A stretch of 64,000 nt of DNA. It comes from Methanobacteriota archaeon. GTDB taxonomy: Archaea > Halobacteriota > Bog-38 > Methanoflorentales > Methanoflorentaceae. Within the stretch, counting starts at the first letter, position 1, and each line of letters begins with the position of its first letter. This document shows, piece by piece, positions 48,293-59,652 of the stretch. The stretch lies in the NCBI GenBank assembly GCA_963719035.1, contig CAVRAO010000002.1, positions 752,198 through 816,197 of the forward strand, in the 5' to 3' direction. The translations under genes and the position numbers were made by a program. The notes under the pieces are model-generated. The model was not told where the DNA came from. It made no database searches and saw nothing but the letters and a program-made list of their open reading frames with translations.

Positions 48293-51200
48293 TTCAACTT
48301 CACCCCAGTGACGCTCGAGATGTTGCCCTCCTGCATAGAAACGCCGATGGTGCGATTGGCCGCCTCTATCATTGGTTTTCTGAGCGAGACGACAATAAAC
48401 TGAGCGTTCACCGAGAGCTTCTTGATCATCCGTGCGACGCGCTCAGCGTTTGCGCCATCCAAGAACATATCAATTTCGTCAAACATGTAAAACGGCGCGG
48501 GCAGGTACCGCTGAATGGCGAATATCATCGCGAGCGCAGCAAGGCTTTTCTCTCCACCAGACAACGCCTCGATTCGCTGGACGTGTTTACCCTGTTGCCA
48601 CGACCGGATAAAGAGGCCCCCGTCGAAGGGGTCTTCGTAGTTCTCCAGAGCGAGCTCCCCCGTCGCCCCCGATAGTTCGGCATAGATGTCCTTAAAGTTT
48701 GCATTGATGCTGTGAAACGCCGTCATCAACGCCTCCTTTTTCATCTGGCCATACCGGTCGATACGTTCCAGTATCTCAGCGCGTTCGTTAAAGAGCGTCT
48801 CCTTCCGCGTGCTGAGATCGAGCTGCCTTCGTTCTACGTTTTCATAGTCCTCAATGGCACGCATATTCACGTCGTTCATCGACTCGAGCTGCGACTCGAG
48901 CGTTCGCAAACCCGCCACAACCACCTCATACGGTTCATTGGACTGCACGTCTTCAATCTCGCCCGCCTCTGCTTTAAGTTCATCGCGCCGAGCTTCGAGC
49001 TCAAGCCTCTGATAGTCGAGCGCGCCTATAGCCTGCTCTGTGCGTTCAATCCCGTGTTGGAGGTCTGCTTTAGCAGTTTCCTTAAGGCTGATCTGCGCTA
49101 GCAGCGCGTCGCGTCCTTCCCTCAATTCCGAAAGCTCTCGCGCGAGATCGTTCTCACGGCCACAAACGTCGTCGAGTTCGTGCTCTAAACGCGTCGCAGC
49201 CTCGGTATGTTCGCGAATGCTGCCGCGAAGCTCCTTGATCCGCTCGTCCGTCGTTTGCGCGTGCTCATTGGCGTCGCCGAGTTTCTTTTCATTATAGTCT
49301 TCCTGAAGACGGAATTCGGTGATGGTTGCATCACACTTGCTCACACGGTTCTGGAGCCTTCGGACCTCGTCTGCGATCTGGCTGATATCTGCCGTGAGCT
49401 TCGAAGCGTCAGTACCCTTAAGCTGCTTCTCAAGTTCGGCAATTTCCCTCTCGAGAGAGGCAATAGCTTCGCTGTGTAGTGCTTCCTGCTCTTCAAGCTC
49501 ATTAATCTGCGCGCCCGCCTGCTCATTCTCCTCCCGCATCGCGGCGAGTTTCACTACCTTTTCGTCCGCCACCATCTCAGCTTGGGCCTTACGCGTCTCG
49601 AGGGCCGGAGCCTCTCGAGTCAACCGCTCATGCTCGCTCTGGGCACTAACGAGATCGTGCCGTTTCTGAAGCAGAAGGTCATCCACTTGGCTGAGTTCCT
49701 GCTGCAAGCGTGAACGTTCCTTCTCGTACTCGCGTATCTGCCGTCCGAGCTTGTGTAGCTCCTGTTCATCGCCAGCGATAAATTTTAAAGCCCTTCGGTC
49801 GATGCCTCCCGTCATCGCACCGCTCACCTCGAGCAGTTCGCCCTCAAGGGTCACCATGCGATACGCGCCGATAAGGTCGCGGGCCATCTCAAGCTCAGTG
49901 ACCACGACCGTCCTGCCAAAAACATACGAAAATGCCGCTGCGTACTCTGGATCGAACTCGATGAGGTTGATAGCGTAATCAATGATGCCCTCGCGCGCTT
50001 GAAGTTGCTCGCGGTGGACCGGCTTCATCTTGTTAAGCGGTAAAAAGGTCGCCCGCCCCGCGTTGTTTTCTTTCAGATACGCGATGGCACGCGCCGCGTT
50101 GCCGTCGGTGTTAACGACAATGTTGCGCAGACGGGGGCCCGCCGCGATCTCGAGTGCCGTGGCATATCGCGGATCAACACGCCCGAGCTCCGCGACGACG
50201 CCTCGCACCCCCTCTAGCTGGGCGGCCATAATTACCTCCACTGCTTTACCAAAGCTCTCCTTAAGGCGTGTTTCCGCCCGAACGAAATCTTGGTGCGTTT
50301 GAGTGAGCCGCCGTTCAATCGTTTCGATTGCGAGCTTAAGATCCTCACGTCTCGCCTCGAGGTCTTTAATGCCCTCTTGCACTTCCTCGATGGTTCGCGT
50401 CAGTTCAGCCCGGTTCGCACGAAGCGTTTCTAAGTCACTTTGGGTGTCCGCAACGTCTGAGCGCGCCGCGTCAATCTCCTGCTCGACCGCGTGCACGTCC
50501 GTTGAAGCACGACGTATGATATCGAGCACACGGTCTCGTGCGCGCACGACGTCCCCGCGCTTGTCCTTCTCTTCGCCAATCGCCTGGCGCTTCACAAAGA
50601 GGTCGTCACGCGCTTGTGTGACGTCCGAGTCGAAGGTGGATAGCTGTTCTTTGAGTGCGTTAAGGTCCTGCTCCTGCTCCTCGAGCTCGCTTGCGAGGCT
50701 TGCCCGGCGGACCGTTTCTGACGCGAGATCGCGCTGTACCGTCTCGTGTTTCTGCTTCAGGGCGTTCACCTCTATGAACGCCTTGCGCTTTTGCGTCTCG
50801 AGGTGCTCAACCTCCTTGCTTACAAAATCGATCCGGTGTTGATGTTGTCCGATATCCCCTTTGATGGCTTCAATGTGCCTTGCCAACTCGAGCTGTTCGT
50901 TTTCGCCTTTTTCCGAAACCGCACTGTTAAGCACGCTCAGCTGCCCCTCAAGGTCGTAGATCGCTTCCCGCGTCGCAGCGAGTTCTTTGACTGCCTTATC
51001 CTTGCTCCGCTGCTTGCGTTCAAGATCGCCTTCGAGTGCCTTGATGTCGTTCGCGAGCTTGTTGAGCTTTGACGCAAAGACCCTTTTTTCGTAGTCCCGC
51101 TTCTTTGCTTTAAGCTCCTGATACTTGAGGGCATACTCCCGCTCGACCCTGAGCTGCTGAAGCCGCAGCGCCACCTCGTTCAATATAATGTCGACGCGGT

Positions 51201-51759
51201 CAACGCGTTCGCGGACCACCTCGAGCTCATCAAGTGCGCGGTCACGCCTCCGGTCAAACTCAGCGACGCCGGCGATCTCGTCGATGATCTTTCGACGCTC
51301 CAGCGCGCTTACCTCGATGATACGGGTAATATCACCCTGCAACACCACGTTGTAGCCTTCTGGCGTAATGCACGCTTTCGAGAGCAGCTCGTGGATATCA
51401 GTGAGCGTGCACGGCTTGCCGTTAAGGTAGTAGTAACTGTAGTACCCGCTCGCGGTGCGGCGTACCTTACGGGCGACCGTCACTTCTGTATCAGCGGGAA
51501 GTTCGGCATCTACATTGTCAAATCTGACCTTGACCATCGCCTCGTCGGCGCCGTTGCCGTTGAAAATCAGATCGGTGAGCTTCTCAGCGCGCATCGTCCG
51601 AGACGTCGAGAGCCCGAGACAAAAGAGAACACTATCAACGATGTTTGACTTTCCCGAGCCGTTCGGCCCGGAAACAGCCGTGAAATCGTCAAAAAAAGGG
51701 ATTCTTACCCTTTTTCCAAATGACTTGAAGTTTTGAATCTCCAGTTCTTTGATAAACAT
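48289..51759 (-). CDS. smc: Chromosome segregation protein SMC
   Basis: 'NFKSF', 'GPNGSGKSN', hinge 'GRATFLPL', 'LSGGEKS', 'FDEID'; 1156 aa. Confidence 0.97.
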   Translation of the reverse strand: MFIKELEIQNFKSFGKRVRIPFFDDFTAVSGPNGSGKSNIVDSVLFCLGLSTSRTMRAEKLTDLIFNGNGADEAMVKVRFDNVDAELPADTEVTVARKVRRTASGYYSYYYLNGKPCTLTDIHELLSKACITPEGYNVVLQGDITRIIEVSALERRKIIDEIAGVAEFDRRRDRALDELEVVRERVDRVDIILNEVALRLQQLRVEREYALKYQELKAKKRDYEKRVFASKLNKLANDIKALEGDLERKQRSKDKAVKELAATREAIYDLEGQLSVLNSAVSEKGENEQLELARHIEAIKGDIGQHQHRIDFVSKEVEHLETQKRKAFIEVNALKQKHETVQRDLASETVRRASLASELEEQEQDLNALKEQLSTFDSDVTQARDDLFVKRQAIGEEKDKRGDVVRARDRVLDIIRRASTDVHAVEQEIDAARSDVADTQSDLETLRANRAELTRTIEEVQEGIKDLEARREDLKLAIETIERRLTQTHQDFVRAETRLKESFGKAVEVIMAAQLEGVRGVVAELGRVDPRYATALEIAAGPRLRNIVVNTDGNAARAIAYLKENNAGRATFLPLNKMKPVHREQLQAREGIIDYAINLIEFDPEYAAAFSYVFGRTVVVTELEMARDLIGAYRMVTLEGELLEVSGAMTGGIDRRALKFIAGDEQELHKLGRQIREYEKERSRLQQELSQVDDLLLQKRHDLVSAQSEHERLTREAPALETRKAQAEMVADEKVVKLAAMREENEQAGAQINELEEQEALHSEAIASLEREIAELEKQLKGTDASKLTADISQIADEVRRLQNRVSKCDATITEFRLQEDYNEKKLGDANEHAQTTDERIKELRGSIREHTEAATRLEHELDDVCGRENDLARELSELREGRDALLAQISLKETAKADLQHGIERTEQAIGALDYQRLELEARRDELKAEAGEIEDVQSNEPYEVVVAGLRTLESQLESMNDVNMRAIEDYENVERRQLDLSTRKETLFNERAEILERIDRYGQMKKEALMTAFHSINANFKDIYAELSGATGELALENYEDPFDGGLFIRSWQQGKHVQRIEALSGGEKSLAALAMIFAIQRYLPAPFYMFDEIDMFLDGANAERVARMIKKLSVNAQFIVVSLRKPMIEAANRTIGVSMQEGNISSVTGVKLN

Positions 51760-51783
51760 CGGTCCATCAGGCCGCGTTTTCGC

Positions 51784-52152
51784 TCACAGATCGCGATCAG
51801 CAATGATTATGTCGTCCCCAAGGCGCCGCTCAGGTTCCGGAGGATAATTATTGTCCGCAATGACGTAGGTGGTCTTTTTTCGTCTCCGTTCCTCGCGAGG
51901 TGGTGAGGACTCATCGCACGGTTCCTCAGCGCTCAAAAACTCGCTGTTTCCGTACACGCCTGGAAGATGTGTCATATCGTGGACTGATGAGCTGACGTCA
52001 ACGAGTTGATTGGTGATTCCGTTGAGGACGTCAGAGAGCTCAGATACCCTTTGCTCAAGGGTTGACAAACGTTGTTCGAGCGTTGACCGCGGAGCTCCAC
52101 CTTTAAGCCTTAAGCGATGCGGCATATCAACTAGATCGTCTTGATAGTGCAT
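51784..52152 (-). CDS. Small coiled-coil protein upstream of smc
   Basis: Coiled coil 'LEQRLSTLEQRVSEL' and C-terminal 'DDIIIA'; operonic position. Confidence 0.55.
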   Translation of the reverse strand: MHYQDDLVDMPHRLRLKGGAPRSTLEQRLSTLEQRVSELSDVLNGITNQLVDVSSSVHDMTHLPGVYGNSEFLSAEEPCDESSPPREERRRKKTTYVIADNNYPPEPERRLGDDIIIADRDL

Positions 52153-52232
52153 ACCCTGCCTCGTATTCTAGTGCGGGGGCCGCATCTTAAACTTTATGGT
52201 ATGTACTCGAACCACAACCGGCGTAATTGAGT

Positions 52233-53495
52233 TCACGGCGTAATGCGGCGACGATCTCGGGGAAAAAGGACGCTTTCTCGAATGTTAGCAAGACCCAGCA
52301 TGGTCATCAGAAGGCGCTCCGCCCCGAGGCCCCATCCCGCGTGGGGCGGCATGCCAAAGCGAAACGCATCAAGATAAAATGCAAAGCTTTCAGGGGCAAG
52401 AAACTTGCCAGCGAGCTGTTTTGAGAGAAGGCGACGGTCGTGTATTCGTCGCGCCCCCGACGCAAGCTCCATCCGTGGGTGCATAAGATCAAATGCATAG
52501 CAGAGGTTGTCATGCGGTTGCACGTAGAATGGCTTCAGCTCACCGGGCCAATCAACGATGAAGTAGTGCTCCCCGATCACCTCACCGACCGCCTTCTCAG
52601 CTGCCGTGTCAAGATCATCCCCCCACGGGATGTCGGCAATCTCGATAGCGTCCGCGTACGTGATCCGGCGAAAGGGGATGTGCGGAACGGAAAGAGTCAC
52701 ACCGAGCACTTGGAGCGGAGCGCTGCAATGCTCAGCAATAGCCACATAGACGTGCTGAATAAGCTCCTCAAGGAGCATCATGACCTCGTGGTCGTCCATA
52801 AATGATGCCTCCACGTCTATCGAGGTGACCTCGTTGAGATGTTTGCGCGTGTCGTGTTCCTCGGCACGAAAGATTGGACCCACCTCAAACACGCGTTCCA
52901 GCCCGGCAGCCATCATGATCTGTTTATAGAGCTGCGGGCTCTGATTTAAGAACGCCTCGCGGTCGAAGTACGAGATCGGAAAGAGTTGTGTTCCGCCCTC
53001 GGTCGCAGTTGCCACCATCTTGGGTGTCTGAATCTCGATAAAATCACGAGCGACGAGAAATGCACGCACTTCGTGAAGCACGTTCGCACGAATAAAAAAG
53101 ATAGCCCGTGTAGCAGGAAGACGCACGTCCATAAAGCGCGCGTCAAGCCGCGTATCGAGTTCAGCTGGCACTTTACCCGTGACGTCGAGCGGGAGCGGCG
53201 ATTCCGCAGCGTTCAGGAGCTCTATCTCGTTCGGGATAATCTCAAAGCCCTGCGGCGCCTTCGGCTCCGCTTTGACGTGCCCTGCCACTCGCACCACAGA
53301 TTCCCGGCTCAGGCTTCGCACGCGTTCAACAAGTTCCGGAGGGACCTTCTTCTTTGGCATGGTGATTTGCATAATGCCGTCGCGATCACGAAGCAAAAGA
53401 AAGCTGATGCCTCCGAGGTCGCGAAGCTCATGCACCCAGCCCGCAACGGTAACGTCGGTTTCAGGGATGATGGCGCTTGAACGCGTCACCTTCAT
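52233..53495 (-). CDS. aspS: Aspartate--tRNA ligase, archaeal type
   Basis: '[11 protein letters not shown]', 'ATEGG', 'QSPQLYKQ', '[13 protein letters not shown]', '[15 protein letters not shown]'. Confidence 0.96.
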   Translation of the reverse strand: MKVTRSSAIIPETDVTVAGWVHELRDLGGISFLLLRDRDGIMQITMPKKKVPPELVERVRSLSRESVVRVAGHVKAEPKAPQGFEIIPNEIELLNAAESPLPLDVTGKVPAELDTRLDARFMDVRLPATRAIFFIRANVLHEVRAFLVARDFIEIQTPKMVATATEGGTQLFPISYFDREAFLNQSPQLYKQIMMAAGLERVFEVGPIFRAEEHDTRKHLNEVTSIDVEASFMDDHEVMMLLEELIQHVYVAIAEHCSAPLQVLGVTLSVPHIPFRRITYADAIEIADIPWGDDLDTAAEKAVGEVIGEHYFIVDWPGELKPFYVQPHDNLCYAFDLMHPRMELASGARRIHDRRLLSKQLAGKFLAPESFAFYLDAFRFGMPPHAGWGLGAERLLMTMLGLANIRESVLFPRDRRRITP

Positions 53496-54760
53496 TGGAA
53501 CCTCCGCAGAACGGATGCTGCGTGCCCAGGCAGCCCCTCGATCTGCGCGAGCGAACTGACGAGGTCCGTAAGGCTCTCGAGCCCATCCTTTGTCAACATC
53601 TGAACGCTCGTCGTCTTTGTAAAGTGGGCGACGTTGAGCCCGCTTACGTACTTAGCGAACCCCCCTGTTGGTAATGTCGAACTCGTTCCGGTAGCATAAT
53701 CCCCAACGGCTGCGGGCGTATAGTCGCCAACGCAGATCGTACCGGCGTTCCTTATTTTTCCAAGGACGTTGATGGGATCACGTACCATGAGTTCAAGATG
53801 CTCAGGGGCAAGGTCATTTACGCACTCAATACATTCATCCAAGCTTTCACCCACGAGGATTGCGCTGCCGCTCAGATCGATGAGATCCTTCCGTTGTGCA
53901 GCTTCTCGTTGCACATTGAGCTCTTTTTCGACCTCGTGTGCGAGTTCCGCAGAGGTTGTGAGCAGGAAACCGGATGATTTTGGGCCGTGCTCGAGCTGGG
54001 CGATTATGTCAGCTGCGATGTACTGAGGGTTCCCTCCGTCAGCGAGCACCGCGATCTCGCTCGGGCCCGCAGGGAAATCAATTGCAACCTCACTTTGCAC
54101 GAGGAGCTTCGCTGCGGTAACGTACACGTTGCCGGGTCCAACGATCTTGTCTACCTTAGGAACGCTCTCCGTCCCAAATGCCATTGCTGCAATCGCCTGT
54201 GCACCCCCAATCTTATAGATCGCGTTAGCCCCTGCGATGTCTGCTGCAAGGAGCGTTGCCACGGGCACCGTGCCGTCAGGCATCGGTGGGATACAGACAA
54301 TGACCTCGCGAACCCCGGCGACCTTGGCTGGGACTATATTCATCAGTGCCGTTGAGGGGTAAACAGCAAACCCGCCAGGAACATATGCACCGATGCGATC
54401 AAGTGGTGTCGTCTTTTGCCCAAAGACGACCCCTGGAGCCACCTCATGAAGCCACAAATCACTTTGCACCTGCCGCATGTGATACGAGGTGATATTGTCA
54501 GAAAGGTGGTACAACGCATCGATGATGTCCTGCGAGGCATTTTCGTACGCCGCAAGGAGTTCGCCCTCTGTCACTCTAAGCCCGACGATATCGGCTTTGT
54601 CATACTCCAGCGTGTACTGCATGAGAGCAGTGTCGCCGTTTTCTCTCACGTCGCTGACGATTTTCTGCACGTGATCCATAACCTCACGCACAGCCGCACC
54701 GCGGTCGAACAGACGGCTGAATTCGGCGTCAGTTACCTCAGATAAGCGTTTGACGATCAT
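53492..54760 (-). CDS. hisD: Histidinol dehydrogenase
   Basis: 'GAYVPGG', '[16 protein letters not shown]', 'GPGNVYV', 'AGPSE', 'APEHLEL', 'GDYATG'. Confidence 0.94.
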   Translation of the reverse strand: MIVKRLSEVTDAEFSRLFDRGAAVREVMDHVQKIVSDVRENGDTALMQYTLEYDKADIVGLRVTEGELLAAYENASQDIIDALYHLSDNITSYHMRQVQSDLWLHEVAPGVVFGQKTTPLDRIGAYVPGGFAVYPSTALMNIVPAKVAGVREVIVCIPPMPDGTVPVATLLAADIAGANAIYKIGGAQAIAAMAFGTESVPKVDKIVGPGNVYVTAAKLLVQSEVAIDFPAGPSEIAVLADGGNPQYIAADIIAQLEHGPKSSGFLLTTSAELAHEVEKELNVQREAAQRKDLIDLSGSAILVGESLDECIECVNDLAPEHLELMVRDPINVLGKIRNAGTICVGDYTPAAVGDYATGTSSTLPTGGFAKYVSGLNVAHFTKTTSVQMLTKDGLESLTDLVSSLAQIEGLPGHAASVLRRFQ

Positions 54761-54994
54761 GGCATCACAACCGATTAGGATACGGAAGGGTATTAATCTT
54801 TATGGATACGCTGTTTAAATCGATCTTTGCCCGCAAGACTCATTTCGAAGTATTTAAATAGAAAGGAATGGGCATTACCAGCGAATGAGCAGGAAAGAAC
54901 TGATGAGCGACATCTTTATGGCCCGTAAAGAGCTCAGCATCGATAGACTGAAAAAAATACTTAGGGTGTGCCTCACTATCACCCGGAAAGCGTA

Positions 54995-55987
54995 TTAATC
55001 GACAATGGGTGCGACGTAGCCGCAGTCTGGGCATATCTTTCCTCTTTTGCTAATCCGAAAGCCTGAGCGCTCGATGATGATCGCGCCGCAGTCGGGGCAG
55101 AATGTATTTTCGTACTCACTTGCGACGTTTCCGAGGTAGATAAAGCGCAGTCCCGCCTGTGTCGCGAGGTGACGTGCTTTTTTAAGGGTTTCCATGGGCG
55201 TTGCTGGACGATCGAGCATGCGCCAATCTGGATGAAAGCGCGAAAAGTGGATCGGAATGTCGCAGTCAATGCCTGCCGCCCATGTGCTAAAAGCACGGAG
55301 TTGCTCATCGTCGTCGTTGAGCCCGGGTATGATGAGATAGGTCAACTCGAGGTGAATGCCGCTCTCGTACATACGCTCGCATGTCTGGAGCACAGGGTCG
55401 AGACGCGCCCTGCAGACGCTGTTGTAGAACTTCTTGCTGAAACCCTTCACATCAACGTTAGCCGCGTCAAGATAGGGGCCAATCTTTTCGAGAGCCTGCG
55501 GGGTCATATAACCATTGGTGACGTACACGGTGTACAGGCCCGCTTCCTTAGCAAGGATCGCCGAATCGTACGTATACTCAAACCAGATCGTCGGCTCATT
55601 GTAGGTCCACGCAATTCCGCGGCAGTTTCGCTCGAGGGCGAGCTGGACAGAACGCTCTGGCAAAACCTCTGTGGTCCCCAGTTCCCCTGCTTCCGCAAAC
55701 GAGATGTCATAGTTCTGGCAGTGTTCACACTTGAAATTGCAACTCACTGAACCAAGCGAAAACACTTTCGATCCAGGGTAGAAGTGAAAAAGCGGTTTCT
55801 TTTCGATGGGATCGACGTTCATTGAGCTCACCTCGGCGTAGATGAGCGTCGAGAGCTTGCCGTCGAGATTCTGTCGCACGTGACAGATCCCACGGTCCCA
55901 TTTCTTGATTTTACACTCGTGAGAGCACGCGAAGCAGTGAACCGCTTCGTCTGTAATTGGCTCCCATAGCATCGCATCTTTTATCAC
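54995..55987 (-). CDS. amrS: AmmeMemoRadiSam system radical SAM enzyme
   Basis: 'DPIEKKPLFHFYPG', 'CNFKCEHCQN', 'TYNEP', 'HFSRFHP', 'YLGNV'. Confidence 0.93.
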   Translation of the reverse strand: MIKDAMLWEPITDEAVHCFACSHECKIKKWDRGICHVRQNLDGKLSTLIYAEVSSMNVDPIEKKPLFHFYPGSKVFSLGSVSCNFKCEHCQNYDISFAEAGELGTTEVLPERSVQLALERNCRGIAWTYNEPTIWFEYTYDSAILAKEAGLYTVYVTNGYMTPQALEKIGPYLDAANVDVKGFSKKFYNSVCRARLDPVLQTCERMYESGIHLELTYLIIPGLNDDDEQLRAFSTWAAGIDCDIPIHFSRFHPDWRMLDRPATPMETLKKARHLATQAGLRFIYLGNVASEYENTFCPDCGAIIIERSGFRISKRGKICPDCGYVAPIVD

Positions 55988-56107
55988 GATACTCTCCCTA
56001 GTCGTCTTAACGCCTACGTGTTAAGCATGGGCACCCGCGACACAGAGTATGCTCTACCGTTTTACCCTTTCTTATCTGGGTATAAAATCCTGAGACTAGC
56101 ACCCCGT

Positions 56108-57055
56108 TTAGCCAAAAAAACGGAAACTCACCATGTTTTGCGCAAAGGGAACGAGCTTACGCAAGGACATAAGGTGAGACGTCTCAGCGTGGCAGTAGAT
56201 GAGGCAGTGTTTGTCACAACCCAGCATTTGTCGCCGGTCTGCTTGTGCCCGTTCGGAGGCCATGAGCGTCCTAAGGTCATCTTCGAGGAGGTTGCCAAGC
56301 TTCGTCCCGATGGGCATACATGGATAAACAACATCACCGTTAGGCTCGATCATGATGCTAAGCGTTCGGCACTGGTACGGTTGGTCAAAGCTACTGATGT
56401 ACGAAAGACTCGTTGTAAGCGTTTTTCCATACTCGCGCTTTAAGCTGGTAATGATCTCACGAAGCTTCACCAGATCCGGGGAAAGGTCTTCCGTCCCGTC
56501 AAAGTTGAACGCAGGCATTATGAGAATCTTATGGCCGTGCGCGTGCACTTTTTCTACCTTTTCCGCAATTTTGTCTAAGTCGTGCTTTGTCACGACCGTT
56601 TGCACGGTCGTCTTAATGCCGAGATCCGTGAAGTAATCAAGCCGGTCAAACAGGTGCACGTTGTCATGCCCTTCGTCAATTGACAGCTGGAGAAAATCGA
56701 AATACTTTGCATATTCTGCAAAAGGCCGGCGATCGATAAGAAGTCCGTTGGTGGTAAACAAGATGTAGTTTGAGCAATCGTGAGTATAGCGGAGAACGTC
56801 ACCGATATCCTTACGCAGCAGGGGCTCCCCCCCTTCAAAGCTTATGGTGAAGGTGCTCGCTCGCGACAGGTTATCGATGACGGTACACACGTCGCTCGTA
56901 TTAAGGTCGGGGATCTTATCGGCCCACACGTTACAAAATCCGCACCGTAGGTTACATCGGTGTGTGATTTTAAATGATGCGTAAAACGGATTGTCAAAAT
57001 CGTTTCGCACGTAGTTAGACAGATACCCTCGGAGTGCCCGCATATTTCTGTTCAT
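56108..57055 (-). CDS. Radical SAM protein with SPASM/twitch-like C-terminus
   Basis: 'CNLRCGFC', 'GGEPLLR', 'TTNG', 'C...IEPNGDVVYPC', 'C..HC...C'. Confidence 0.88.
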   Translation of the reverse strand: MNRNMRALRGYLSNYVRNDFDNPFYASFKITHRCNLRCGFCNVWADKIPDLNTSDVCTVIDNLSRASTFTISFEGGEPLLRKDIGDVLRYTHDCSNYILFTTNGLLIDRRPFAEYAKYFDFLQLSIDEGHDNVHLFDRLDYFTDLGIKTTVQTVVTKHDLDKIAEKVEKVHAHGHKILIMPAFNFDGTEDLSPDLVKLREIITSLKREYGKTLTTSLSYISSFDQPYQCRTLSIMIEPNGDVVYPCMPIGTKLGNLLEDDLRTLMASERAQADRRQMLGCDKHCLIYCHAETSHLMSLRKLVPFAQNMVSFRFFG

Positions 57056-57128
57056 AGTGCCGCGATCAACGTTTTTAGTGTGCTAAGTGCTCACAAAAGC
57101 GCCAAGAGTAGCCAGTTAACGATTTGAT

Positions 57129-57788
57129 TTACTCTTCAAATGGCGCGACATAGCATGAGGTGTGCTTGCTGCTCGTCAGTTTCTGGTCGTGAAACAAACG
57201 CGCTGTGAGGAGATATGTTCCCTCTTCGCTCGCGTAGAGCTCACTTACGAACCGTTTCGTACCGCCCTGTGCAATGAAGTCGATATCAATGACGTCCATG
57301 AGCGTGTGGGCCTTCGATGGAGGGCGTGCAGCGATTTCAAGGGTTAGATTCTGCACGTCTTGACTGGCGTACACGACTGTTTCCGCTTCGATAGTCTCTT
57401 CGTACGCCCAGTACGGACGATTTGCAAAGAACGTCTGGATCTCAGCTGGATCTTCCGTAAGGCGCAGTTCCTGATCGGGGGAGTACCAGCTGACGAGGGT
57501 GCCGTCCCGGTACGCGGTGACGTGAAGATAGAGCCGGCCACTGTGGTTCGCAAAAACGTGAAAGTTGAGCGCCGCGGTGTCTTGAGGGCGTAGTTCTTTA
57601 ACGAAATGAAAGGATCCGCTTGGGAGCACGTCGATGTCGTGTGAGTTATAGGTAAACAACGTCGCGCTTACGTCGGTCAGCGGCTCGATTGACCGGTTTC
57701 TTAATTGAACGGTGATCCAATGGTGCCCTCGGTCGAGCGCATCCGGCGTGACGTTTACCTCAAACGGATACTTGTTTCGTTCTTCCAT
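57129..57788 (-). CDS. Hypothetical protein (two beta-rich, Ig-like domains)
   Basis: 219-aa ORF overlapping the 3' region of hsp20 operon context; family not recognised. Confidence 0.6.
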   Translation of the reverse strand: MEERNKYPFEVNVTPDALDRGHHWITVQLRNRSIEPLTDVSATLFTYNSHDIDVLPSGSFHFVKELRPQDTAALNFHVFANHSGRLYLHVTAYRDGTLVSWYSPDQELRLTEDPAEIQTFFANRPYWAYEETIEAETVVYASQDVQNLTLEIAARPPSKAHTLMDVIDIDFIAQGGTKRFVSELYASEEGTYLLTARLFHDQKLTSSKHTSCYVAPFEE

Positions 57789-57799
57789 GGGTACTTGAG

Positions 57800-58291
57800 C
57801 TACTTGATCTGCACTCGCGTTTTCTTTTCAACCTCAGTTGGCTCCTTCTTTGGCAACGTAATTTCGAGCACGCCGTTCTTGAACGAAGCTTCGGCCTTGT
57901 CTGGCAACACGTCAGCAGGAAGGTCGAGCATACGCCGGTACGACGCGTACCCACGCTCGCGGTATGTATACTCCTCCTCTTTGCGTTCCGTTTCGGTGCT
58001 CGATTCAGCGCTGATCTCCACCCGTTCAGGCGTGAGGTTAATCTCAATGTCCTCCTTTCGCACGCCGGGCATGTCAGCGACGACTTGAAGGGCGTCGCCA
58101 AGGTCAAGGACGTCGACGCGCGGTTGCTTCAGAGCAGGCAGCGACGCCTGTGAGGGGAAGACACGTTCGAGCGTGTCCTCCATATTAGCGCGGAACGTAT
58201 CGAGCAGCCGGCGCATCTCTGAAAAGGAGTCGCTCATCCAGTAGTCTTTCGTCGTTATTCGCTTCTCTTCGTCTTTCTTTTCGTCAGTCAT
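57800..58291 (-). CDS. Hsp20/alpha-crystallin small heat shock protein
   Basis: 'PRVDV', 'ADMPGVRKEDIEI', 'ERGYASY.R...LP', 'ASFKNGVLEITLPK'. Confidence 0.93.
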   Translation of the reverse strand: MTDEKKDEEKRITTKDYWMSDSFSEMRRLLDTFRANMEDTLERVFPSQASLPALKQPRVDVLDLGDALQVVADMPGVRKEDIEINLTPERVEISAESSTETERKEEEYTYRERGYASYRRMLDLPADVLPDKAEASFKNGVLEITLPKKEPTEVEKKTRVQIK

Positions 58292-58379
58292 AAGATCATC
58301 ATGCTGAGTACCGCATCGGAGGTAATAAAGCATACGCAAGGAAAAAACAGTTGAGGAACAGGCTTTACGACGAGAATGT

Positions 58380-59150
58380 TTACCGTAGAAACAGGTCGCG
58401 ACCGTTTAACACGCAGGCCTTATGTGCTCGATCAGCGTATCCCTCGATCGTAAGTGCGTGTAACACCCGAGCGACTGAAAGACAATCCGAGCGTTGGGCG
58501 CTCAGGTCACTATTGACGACAAATTTCGCTTCTGGGTATTCAATGATCATTCCTGCGGCTTCGCGCACGGACGCTTTGCCCGGCTGGACGGTAATTCCTA
58601 TGTAAGTCCCCGCCTCAAGTGCAACATCGATTGTTGATGGATCGATATGATCAATCACAACGTCTTTAGCCCCGATATCGTCAACGATCGCGATGATTCT
58701 TTCGAGTACCTCTCGCTTCGCATGCCGAGGTGTGTGAATAACTTTGGGATAGTAGTCGATCTCGAGCTGCGCACGAAAGACCCGCTCCTCAATATCTGTA
58801 CACGTTTCGAGTCCAATTTCGCCAATAGCAACGACAGCTGGGTGCGCAAGGTAGTCGGGGAGTGCTTCTAACGTCGTATCGACTTGATCGTTAATAGACC
58901 GTGGGTGCACGCCAAGACCGACATGCACGTTAACGCCATTTTCGGCGCCTCGTCGCACTTCACCGTAAACGAGCTTATGAAAGTGGTCGACAAGGACATC
59001 TGCCGTCGACATTCGCATCGGGTCATGTGCGAGCGTGAGCACATTCGTCACCCCAGCCACGCCCATCAATTCATAGTCCTCAAACGGACGCGTATCCATG
59101 TGGGTGTGCGTATCAAACACGATTGCACAAAAGCAGTTCTTGACCTTATG
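58380..59150 (-). CDS. TatD-family hydrolase
   Basis: 'FDTHTH', 'GVHPR', 'AIGEIGLE', 'IHTPR', 'IDH', 'VNSD'. Start approximate. Confidence 0.88.
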   Translation of the reverse strand, partial: HKVKNCFCAIVFDTHTHMDTRPFEDYELMGVAGVTNVLTLAHDPMRMSTADVLVDHFHKLVYGEVRRGAENGVNVHVGLGVHPRSINDQVDTTLEALPDYLAHPAVVAIGEIGLETCTDIEERVFRAQLEIDYYPKVIHTPRHAKREVLERIIAIVDDIGAKDVVIDHIDPSTIDVALEAGTYIGITVQPGKASVREAAGMIIEYPEAKFVVNSDLSAQRSDCLSVARVLHALTIEGYADRAHKACVLNGRDLFLR

Positions 59151-59283
59151 TATTGTGCAGGTGCCTTTGCAAGTCGAGTCCTCAATTAGACCAACGCTGC
59201 GGTGCGAGGCGTGAAATGGCTTGCCTACGACGGACGACCGATAATTATAAGCATGGGGAGTAAGCAGCATGGTTAGAATGACC

Positions 59284-59475
59284 ATGCTAGTACCGAAAAT
59301 TGATGTCGAGCTCTGTGTCGGCTGTGGCGCATGCGAGGACATGTGCCCAGACGTCTTTGAGCTTCAAGATGATGGGTTATCCCACGTCATTGACGCTGCA
59401 GCTTGCAGCGAGTGCGAGTGTCAAGAAGCGGCTGATAGCTGCCCAACCGAGGCGATAACTTTCGTCGAAGAGTGA
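59284..59475 (+). CDS. Ferredoxin (single cluster)
   Basis: 'CVGCGACEDMCPDVF' and 'AADSCPTEAI'. Confidence 0.9.
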   Translation: MLVPKIDVELCVGCGACEDMCPDVFELQDDGLSHVIDAAACSECECQEAADSCPTEAITFVEE

Positions 59476-59652
59476 CTCAACGTTTTTAACCGACGTCACT
59501 CATTTTTTTGTCAATCCCTTGAGCCGTGTGCTGCCTATAACCCGTCTGTTCCTCGTAACAGCTCAATCAAGCCGCATACTTGGGCGCCTCTGTCAAGGCC
59601 TTATCCAAGGGCACGAGAGCGCTTTTTAACTTCTTAAGACTATATTATAGAG